A stretch of 64,000 bases of DNA, from assembly GCA_963674825.1 (NCBI GenBank), contig OY771587.1, positions 32,001 through 96,000 of the forward strand, in the 5' to 3' direction. The translations under genes and the position numbers were made by a program. Below are positions 56,748-64,000 of the stretch, one piece after another. The notes under the pieces were generated by a model. It was not told where the DNA came from, did no database searches, and worked only from the letters and a program-made list of their open reading frames with translations. The stretch is from Candidatus Cloacimonadales bacterium. GTDB lineage: Bacteria > Cloacimonadota > Cloacimonadia > Cloacimonadales > JAIOQZ01. The stretch's first letter is position 1. Every line of letters begins with the position of its first letter.

Positions 56748-58460
56748 TTATTTGCCGATTTCTTTTAATTCATCTTTGACCATCGGTTTTGTGATGATCT
56801 CCGGGAATACCACCGGTTCATCCTCGCCTGGCCTGTAGAGAAGATAAAGAGGAACACCTGCACGGTCAAACTTGTGCAGCCATTCAATGATAAGCGGATC
56901 CTTGCGTGTGTTGTCACCTCTTAGAAGTTCTACGCCATATTTCTCGAATTGCTCTTCCATATCTTCTGTGAAAAGGACGGTCTTCTCGTTGGCTTTACAG
57001 GTCATGCACCATTCAGCACCGAAATCCACAAATACCGGCTTACCGTCATCGATATATTCCTGAAGCAATTCCGGCGAGAATTTCTGCCAGCCTTCTTCCA
57101 CCTCGGCCCCGCCTTCAGTGCTTTCGAACCGTAGCAGGAACATTGCCGAGAAGACCACTACAGCAATTGCCGCGATGAGCGCAATCCACTGCTGTGACTT
57201 CTTGTGGTGAGGCTTCGCAAAGCTACCGTAGATCCAAGACGCCAGTGCCAAAGCCGCGATGAACCAGAGCACACGCATGAAGTTTCCGCCACCACCAACC
57301 AGCGCATAAACAGTGTTCAGCAGAAAGATGGTGGTTCCCATAAGAAGGAAGCCCATGAATTCTTTGAATACATTCATCCAATTGCCGGGCTTGGGGATTG
57401 CCTTGATCACGCCAGGCCAAAATGCCAGTAAGATGAACGGGAAGGCCAGGCCGAGCCCGATCAGCAGGAAAAAAACGATAATTAAGAGAGGTGGCTGGAT
57501 AAAAGCGAACCCGAGCGCTGCTCCAAGGAATGGAGCCGTGCAAGGTGTTGCCAGAAGAACCGCCACAATCCCGCTGAGGAACGATCCCCAGTGGCCGGTC
57601 TTGCCGGAAGCTTTCGAAGCCAGGCTCATCCCCGGTGCGGAGATGATGAAGACGTCGAACAGCGACAGGCCGAAAACGAAGATGAGCGAGGTCAGAACCA
57701 TCACGAACCCGAAGTTCTGGAACTGGAATCCCCAGCCCACCGACTCGCCCGAAAGCTTTATAATGATCACCACAGCGGCAAGCACGAGGAACGAGACCAG
57801 GATTCCCGCTGTGTAAGCCAGCGACCCTTTCATAATCTCTTTCTTGTGATGCTGGCTCTGGTTGACCAGGTGAATAGCCTTGATAGAAAGCACAGGCAGG
57901 ACGCATGGCATGATGTTCAAGATCAAACCACCGATGAATGCCATTAGCAGGAACTTGATAATATCGACTGCGGATGTTCCAGCTTTCGAGACAGTTTCCG
58001 GCTCTGCCGATTTCTCAGACACGACAGCGGTCAGCTTGAACGGTGCGGAAACTTCAAACTCCTCCGGAAACAGACACGAACCCTGCTCATTGCAGATCTG
58101 GAAACCGGCTGCCACGTTTAGTGTGTAATCTCCAGGAGCGACATCTTTTCCAAGCTGCATTGAACGCTTGACAACGACTGTTCCAGTATATTCGATGAGG
58201 CCGTCTTCGTCAGTGTGTCCATCAGGATATTCAGTTTTACCGAACGTAAAGCCGTCCATTTCCGTCGGCTCGATATAAAAATATTCTTCTTGAAATGTCT
58301 GATGCATCCCCTCAGGGAATATGTAGGTAACGTGAAGATACGCCTTGCCGTCGGAACCGATTTCCTGCGGCAAGATTTCCGCTTTGATAATTGTTTCCTG
58401 TGCAAAAAGAGCAGTAGAAAGGAGCAGGAACAGGAGAGTTATAATCCCCAACGACCTCAT
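56748..58460 (-). CDS. dsbD: Thiol:disulfide interchange protein DsbD
   Basis: N-terminal QICNEQGSCLFP; TM LNIMPCVLP and LATPCTAP; C-terminal DFGAEWCMTCK, GVPLY; GGAGG RBS before ATG 58460. Confidence 0.93.
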   Translation of the reverse strand: MRSLGIITLLFLLLSTALFAQETIIKAEILPQEIGSDGKAYLHVTYIFPEGMHQTFQEEYFYIEPTEMDGFTFGKTEYPDGHTDEDGLIEYTGTVVVKRSMQLGKDVAPGDYTLNVAAGFQICNEQGSCLFPEEFEVSAPFKLTAVVSEKSAEPETVSKAGTSAVDIIKFLLMAFIGGLILNIMPCVLPVLSIKAIHLVNQSQHHKKEIMKGSLAYTAGILVSFLVLAAVVIIIKLSGESVGWGFQFQNFGFVMVLTSLIFVFGLSLFDVFIISAPGMSLASKASGKTGHWGSFLSGIVAVLLATPCTAPFLGAALGFAFIQPPLLIIVFFLLIGLGLAFPFILLAFWPGVIKAIPKPGNWMNVFKEFMGFLLMGTTIFLLNTVYALVGGGGNFMRVLWFIAALALASWIYGSFAKPHHKKSQQWIALIAAIAVVVFSAMFLLRFESTEGGAEVEEGWQKFSPELLQEYIDDGKPVFVDFGAEWCMTCKANEKTVLFTEDMEEQFEKYGVELLRGDNTRKDPLIIEWLHKFDRAGVPLYLLYRPGEDEPVVFPEIITKPMVKDELKEIGK

Positions 58461-58772
58461 GAAAAACCTCCATGAATCCAATGTGTTTGGTTTTTTTCGA
58501 TCGGTCTCGATCTGGTTACAGTTGAAACGCAACATCGTCTATTTTGTTCACAGCGTCAATTATTTTTATTATCAAATGACGCCTCGAATTCAGTCGATAA
58601 TCCTAACCATTTCTTTAATAACGTGTTGCAATTCCAAACAATCTTCGCCATTTTCACGTAAACAGGCGTATAACTCCGTTTACGTCAAGAAAAAATATCT
58701 CTTGCATAAATCCCCGCGCTGATGTAATCGGGGATTCAATGATCTAGAAGGATTATGCAAAAAGGAGTCCAG

Positions 58773-60839
58773 ATGTCCAACTATTTTATGGAAACCCAGC
58801 ATCATGAATGGATTCTAACGAATCGACTCGGTGGCTATTGCCTTGGCACCGGGAATCTCGTCAACCAGCGCAAATACCACGGACTGCTCATCGCGGGATT
58901 ACGCAATATGGAGCGATGGCATCTGGTGGAAAGTATGGAAGAGAAGATTGAGTGGCGTGGCGAAGAGATATACCTCGATAGCAACAACTACAGCAACTGC
59001 ATCTATCCAGAGGGATTTCTTCACCTGGTCAAATCCTGGCTTCTGCCCTACCCAACCTTCCTCTATTCCACCGCGCACCACGACGACGCCATCCTGATCC
59101 TCAAAGAGATCATGATGGACAAAGAATCCAACACCGTGATGATCCGCTATACAAACCTCGGAGACCATCAGCTTCATTTCCAGCTGCGACCCAAGCTCTC
59201 CATGAGATTGCACCACGACCTGAATGCCCCTGGCACATGGGACAACGAACAGCTCAACACCATCATCGGGATTCAGGGCGAACGCTCCTTCACCACCTTC
59301 AGACCCAGCAACCGTCTGGAGCTGTGCGGCTGTTCATCCATGGGTGAGTTCCACTACGAAACGATTATCTACCGCAACGTATATTACCCATGGGAAGTGA
59401 TGCTCGGCTACAAAGGTACCGGCGACATGATCGCTCCGGTGCGGCTCGATTTCGACCTCAAAGTAGGCGAGCACAATTGCGTGCTGTTCAGTAACGAACC
59501 AGTCGAAGATACCGAAACCATGATCAAACGGATCACCAATTATCATGGAGATATGCCCAAGCCGTCAGACTACCCAGTACGTAAGCCGGACCACTCCATT
59601 CTTGAGAATCTCGACATGAAAGATTCGAAGCTGTTCAATGTACAAGACTACCGTAAGCTACTGCATCTGGCTTACGATGACTTCGTACTGGAAGCGGACA
59701 TCATCGCCGGATTCCCGTGGTTCGGAGCCTGGGGACGCGACACGATGATCTCGCTGGAAGGACTTTATCACACAGCCGATGGCATCGACACGGCCTGGGA
59801 AATTCTGAATCGCTACGGCAAGAAGATCCGGCGCGGCCTGCTTCCCAATGTACTGCCCGAATCGGGAGCAAAAGCGAATTACGACTCAATCGATGCGGCA
59901 CTTTGGTACGTTACGAGGTTGCATCAGGTAGCCAGCCGCAAAGCCGAAGCACTTACAACCAAGAAAGATAAGCGCGCGATATGGGAAACTGCTTTCAAAT
60001 ACGCCGACAAGGTTATTGAAGGTATTATGAAGCACAAGACCCACTATCACATCCGCGAAGATGGGCTGGTGGAGCTGCAGAAGAACTTCGCCAACGCAAC
60101 CTGGATGGATGCTCGTATCGACGGCAAAGAAGTCACGCCAAGGCACGGAGCGCCTATCGAGATCAACGCGCTATGGTTCAACGCTCTTAAGTTCTACGGG
60201 CTCATCCATGAAAGCCTGATGGAGCTGCTGCCCAAAAAGGAACGCTTCAAGCTCTTCATCAATTTGACCGAGATGATCGACAAGGTACACGCGGCGTTCG
60301 ATAAATTCTGGATGGGCGATTACCTCGCCGACCGATTGGAGGGTGATAAGCGCATCGAGGAAGTTCGTCCGAATGCAGTAATCGCGTGCGGTCTGCCCTT
60401 TGAGATCGTCGATTACGATAAGATGAAGATGGTCTTCGAACATGCAAAGAAGGAGCTCTACACCGAGTATGGACTCCGCACCCTTTCACCGAAGGACTAC
60501 CGCTTCAGAAAGAAATACATCGGCTCGCAGATCGAGCGCGACAAGGCATATCATCAGGGAACCGTGTGGGCCTGGCCGCTGGAAACCTACGCCAAATTGT
60601 TCGTCAGAATCTACGAGGAAGAACTTACCAAACAGGATTTGCAGGAGGGACTGGTGGATATTATCCACAAATTCCGCAACGGGTTCCTGCGAGGCCACAT
60701 CGCGTCGGTTGCTGAAGTATGGGACGGCGATAAACCGCACTTCCCCAAGGGTTGCCCTGCGCAAGCCTGGAGCGTGGCAGCAGTCTACAATATCGAAAAA
60801 ATGATCGAACACCTTAGCGATGAAGAGGATAACCAATGA
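58773..60839 (+). CDS. Glycogen debranching enzyme (amylo-alpha-1,6-glucosidase)
   Basis: EWILTN.LGGY, RKYHGLL, IIAGFPWFGAWGRDTMISL, TWMDA, YHQGTVWAW, QAWSVA; AAGGAG RBS. Confidence 0.93.
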   Translation: MSNYFMETQHHEWILTNRLGGYCLGTGNLVNQRKYHGLLIAGLRNMERWHLVESMEEKIEWRGEEIYLDSNNYSNCIYPEGFLHLVKSWLLPYPTFLYSTAHHDDAILILKEIMMDKESNTVMIRYTNLGDHQLHFQLRPKLSMRLHHDLNAPGTWDNEQLNTIIGIQGERSFTTFRPSNRLELCGCSSMGEFHYETIIYRNVYYPWEVMLGYKGTGDMIAPVRLDFDLKVGEHNCVLFSNEPVEDTETMIKRITNYHGDMPKPSDYPVRKPDHSILENLDMKDSKLFNVQDYRKLLHLAYDDFVLEADIIAGFPWFGAWGRDTMISLEGLYHTADGIDTAWEILNRYGKKIRRGLLPNVLPESGAKANYDSIDAALWYVTRLHQVASRKAEALTTKKDKRAIWETAFKYADKVIEGIMKHKTHYHIREDGLVELQKNFANATWMDARIDGKEVTPRHGAPIEINALWFNALKFYGLIHESLMELLPKKERFKLFINLTEMIDKVHAAFDKFWMGDYLADRLEGDKRIEEVRPNAVIACGLPFEIVDYDKMKMVFEHAKKELYTEYGLRTLSPKDYRFRKKYIGSQIERDKAYHQGTVWAWPLETYAKLFVRIYEEELTKQDLQEGLVDIIHKFRNGFLRGHIASVAEVWDGDKPHFPKGCPAQAWSVAAVYNIEKMIEHLSDEEDNQ

Positions 60840-62182
60840 GAATCCTAATGTACACATGGGAATTCCCGCCGCTTATCGCGGGAGGGCTTGGCATGGCCTG
60901 TTACGGCATGGTTAAAGCGCTCCTGAAGCAGAATGTAGAGATTGACCTGATCATTCCAACCCGGGAAGCAGTCTATTTCCCGATGCGCACGCCCGAGGAC
61001 GCCGATACCCTGCCGGTTGTGTTTCTCGACGAGAAGAAGCAGGAAGAATACTATACAACCACCTTTGAGGACGATAACCAACGTTTCAAGTACATCGGTA
61101 TCACCGAAGCGCCCGAGACCTATAAGCAGGTTGAAGAGATCAGCGAATCGATCCGGCTTGCTGTGGAAGAGCAAACCGATGAGGACGAAGAGAAAATTGA
61201 TCGCGAACCTGGCTACGAAGACATCTGGGACAACATCGCACACCATTTGATGGGAAGCGACGAGATCTTCAAACGGGTGCAGGAATACACCCTGCGCGCG
61301 GAACGCTACGCAAAAATCCTCCAATATGATGCCATCCATTCGCACGATTGGCTCTGCTATCCGGCAGGTATGATCGCACGAAAAATATCCGGCAAACCGC
61401 TGGTTTCACATATCCATGCCACCGAATTCGATCGCGCCGGAGGGCCGGGCAATCCGAACGTCCACAACATCGAATTCACCGGCATGACTTACGCCGATTA
61501 CGTGATCGCCGTCTCACAATACACCGCGGAAATGATCATCTCCCGCTACCGGATTGACACCGGTAAAATCCGTATCGTGCACAACGCCTACATCGTCGAT
61601 GACAACATCCAGAAATGCGAGAAGCGTCTCTTCCACGGCACGACGATTCTTTTCCTGGGGCGAATCACGCTGCAGAAAGGGCCGGAGTTCTTCCTCGACG
61701 TGGCCAAAAGCGTGTTGGAGAAGCATCCCGACGCGCGATTCATCATGGCTGGCAGCGGTGACATGGCACGCAAGATCATCCAGCGCTCAGCCGCGCTCAA
61801 GATGCGAAACCGCTTCCTCTTCACTGGATTCCTGAACCGCAAGGAAGTCGACGACATCCTGAAGATGTCCGATATCTATATGCTTCCATCCATCTCCGAG
61901 CCATTCGGTATCGCGCCTCTGGAAGCGATGGCCTACGGCGTCACGGCCGTGATCTCTAAGCAGTCGGGAGTATCGGAAGTTGTAGAGAACGCATACAAGA
62001 TCGATTTCTGGGATGTGCCGCGCATGGTGAAGGTGATCAACGACCTGATCGAGCACCCCGCAAAGCGCCGCAAGATCGGTATCGCGGGAATGCAGGAAGT
62101 CAATCAGATCCAATGGGACGACGCCGCGACAAAGATCAAGGCGGTCTATCAAGAAGCAATCGACGAATTTCAGCAGCAATAA
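60836..62182 (+). CDS. GT4 glycosyltransferase (glycogen synthase-like)
   Basis: WEFPP..AGGLG.AC, HSHDW, HATEFDR, GRITLQKGP, SEPFGIAPLEAM. Confidence 0.92.
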   Translation: MRILMYTWEFPPLIAGGLGMACYGMVKALLKQNVEIDLIIPTREAVYFPMRTPEDADTLPVVFLDEKKQEEYYTTTFEDDNQRFKYIGITEAPETYKQVEEISESIRLAVEEQTDEDEEKIDREPGYEDIWDNIAHHLMGSDEIFKRVQEYTLRAERYAKILQYDAIHSHDWLCYPAGMIARKISGKPLVSHIHATEFDRAGGPGNPNVHNIEFTGMTYADYVIAVSQYTAEMIISRYRIDTGKIRIVHNAYIVDDNIQKCEKRLFHGTTILFLGRITLQKGPEFFLDVAKSVLEKHPDARFIMAGSGDMARKIIQRSAALKMRNRFLFTGFLNRKEVDDILKMSDIYMLPSISEPFGIAPLEAMAYGVTAVISKQSGVSEVVENAYKIDFWDVPRMVKVINDLIEHPAKRRKIGIAGMQEVNQIQWDDAATKIKAVYQEAIDEFQQQ

Positions 62183-62194
62183 ACGGAGCGCATT

Positions 62195-63436
62195 ATGTTG
62201 AACATCGTATTTTATTTCCAGGTTCATCAACCCTACCGGCTTCGGCATCTGAACATCCTCAACGCCCGATCCGCCGAAGACTATTTCGATAACGGCCTCA
62301 ATCAGATCGTCATGCAGCGCGTTGCCGACCGCTGCTATCTCCCCGCGAATCAGCTCATGCTCAAGCTGCTCAGGAGGTTCCACGGCAAGTTCAAGATAGC
62401 CTATTCCATCACCGGATGCGCCATCGAACAGATGAAGCTCTACGCGCCCGAAGCACTGGAATCGTTCCACGCTCTCATCGATACCGGCCACGTCGAGATG
62501 ATCGGCGAGACCTATTATCACTCGCTTTCGAGTCTTTACGACGTCGATGAATTTCTGGAACAGGTGGGCCAGCACAAGAAAATGCTGAAGGAGGAGTTCG
62601 GCGTCACACCTACCGTCTTCCGCAACACTGAGCTGATCTACGACGACATGCTCTCAAACCTGATCTATGAGGAAGAGGGCTTCAAGGTAATCCTCACCGA
62701 GGGCGCTGACCGCATCCTGCGCTGGAGAAAACCGCTCCACGCTTACAAAAATTTCACCAAGGACATCTTCCTGCTGCTCAAGCACTACAAGCTGTCCGAC
62801 GACATCGCGTTCCGCTTCTCCGATCCTGAGTGGGACGAATATCCGCTCACCACGGAGAAATTCGTGGACTGGATCAACAAGCTCAACCTGAGCGAGACGG
62901 ATGACCGCAACCTGTTCCTCAATATTTTCATCGACTACGAGACCTTCGGTGAACATCAGTGGGCCGAAAGCGGTATCTTCAAGTTCATGGAGAAGCTGCC
63001 TGAGACGGTGCTGGTGCAGCCCAACCTCGGCTTTTGTTTCCCTTCGGAGGTGGAGAAATTCACCAATTACCAACCCGAGAGCATCACCGTACCCGAGCCG
63101 GTCTCCTGGGCCGATCTCGACCGTGATCTCTCCGCATGGCTGGAAAACGACATGCAGTTTAACGCGATCGAAACGCTCTACGAGCTGCTGCATAAGATCA
63201 AACAGGAGAATCGTACCGATCTGCTTCGAACCGCTCGACTCCTTTCGACGTCCGACCATTTCTACTATATGTCCACCAAGTATTTCCAGGATGGCGACGT
63301 CCATAAGTACTTCTCGCCTTACGACTCACCGGAACAGGCGTATATTTACTACATCAATGCGCTGGCGGACCTTGAGGAGAAATTGAAAGAGCCTTGCGAA
63401 TCGGTTGCTAATGACGCGGCAAATGCAACAGGATAA
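62195..63436 (+). CDS. Glycoside hydrolase family 57 (alpha-amylase-like)
   Basis: FQVHQP, ETYYHSL, FRNTEL, LSDDIAFRFS, DYETFGEHQ, SDHFYYM. Confidence 0.94.
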   Translation: MLNIVFYFQVHQPYRLRHLNILNARSAEDYFDNGLNQIVMQRVADRCYLPANQLMLKLLRRFHGKFKIAYSITGCAIEQMKLYAPEALESFHALIDTGHVEMIGETYYHSLSSLYDVDEFLEQVGQHKKMLKEEFGVTPTVFRNTELIYDDMLSNLIYEEEGFKVILTEGADRILRWRKPLHAYKNFTKDIFLLLKHYKLSDDIAFRFSDPEWDEYPLTTEKFVDWINKLNLSETDDRNLFLNIFIDYETFGEHQWAESGIFKFMEKLPETVLVQPNLGFCFPSEVEKFTNYQPESITVPEPVSWADLDRDLSAWLENDMQFNAIETLYELLHKIKQENRTDLLRTARLLSTSDHFYYMSTKYFQDGDVHKYFSPYDSPEQAYIYYINALADLEEKLKEPCESVANDAANATG

Positions 63437-63600
63437 ATTCACGGTGAATTGGAACAAAAATCGTAAAACATGGTTCTGTTATAAAGAACGTATAAGAGGT
63501 GTCGGCAAGATTCCGCACCGACTGGGCGAAAATAACGGTTGACGCAACAGTGACTGCGTTAAAAAATACGCGTTACGATCATGAAAGGTGTCTGAAGTTT

Positions 63601-64000
63601 ATGCTGAAAAGGTTTACATGGATATTAGCGCTAATGGCAATAGCTGTTTGTGCGCACGCAATCCATATCGATTATATTCCGAATCCCGATGGCGGGGATA
63701 TCGCCCTGCGCGACCAGCAGGATGTATATTACCACAACGAACGGGATGACCAGCACTGGTACGGAACCAACCGATGGGCAGTCTATTTCGACCTGCTGTC
63801 CTATTTCCCGGGAAGCGATACCGTGTCCATCATTCCGACTGAAGCTGTTTTCTTCTGTCCGAGCAATCTCGATGGTGATACCGTCACCCTGACGGTCTGT
63901 GGCAATAACGACAGCGACCAGCCGGATGAGACGAACATTTACGCGATAGCCACCGAGGAAGGAAACCTGTATGGCTGGAATACCATCGATCTTGACGGTA
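63601..64000 (+). CDS. Secreted hypothetical protein (3'-truncated by window edge; not in the ORF track)
   Basis: ATG 63601 opens MLKRFTWILALMAIAVCAHA-IHIDY..., with no stop to the end of the window; AHA signal-peptidase site. Confidence 0.75.
   Translation, partial: MLKRFTWILALMAIAVCAHAIHIDYIPNPDGGDIALRDQQDVYYHNERDDQHWYGTNRWAVYFDLLSYFPGSDTVSIIPTEAVFFCPSNLDGDTVTLTVCGNNDSDQPDETNIYAIATEEGNLYGWNTIDLDG

Noticed and set aside
47061..58460. Possible selenocysteine (UGA) in the CxxC motifs of the redox cluster
   Set aside because: The codons read at the WCGYC, WCPYC, WCKNC and WCPNC sites are all TGC/TGT, and the ORFs are uninterrupted.
58773..63436. Debranching enzyme-GT4-GH57 trio as a novel system
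   Set aside because: A familiar alpha-glucan/glycogen gene cluster in FCB bacteria; nothing unusual seen.

Overview
64 kb of bacterial chromosome, most likely FCB superphylum and probably Ca. Cloacimonadota. This is inferred from five secreted proteins with the 'PNPFNPETTI...KMxLxK' FlgD-Ig/T9SS-type C-terminal tail, lipid A genes, a group II GGGP synthase and the gmk-rpoZ-udg-dnaB order. Most genes are housekeeping or envelope genes (hflC, ugd, tadA, tRNA-Ser, lpxB, valS, ribD, queC, dapA, dnaB, gmk, gcvH, a glycogen operon). Four observations stand out. (1) An 11.4-kb co-directional thiol-redox cluster (47061-58460): DsbD, a CxxC lipoprotein, TlpA, an outer-membrane beta-barrel with a C-terminal CxxGxC, and three sorting-tail proteins with Omp28/thioredoxin-like domains. 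It looks like an uncharacterised trans-envelope disulfide relay. (2) Two palindromic-repeat systems: a RAYT gene with REPs, and a DUF559 nuclease gene bracketed by BoxC-like repeats. (3) A 32-37 nt bulged-hairpin mini-element seen six times, each time nested inside a larger palindromic repeat. (4) An archaeal-type GGGP synthase heading an operon of unexplained genes. All family assignments come from motif recognition by eye; no searches were run.
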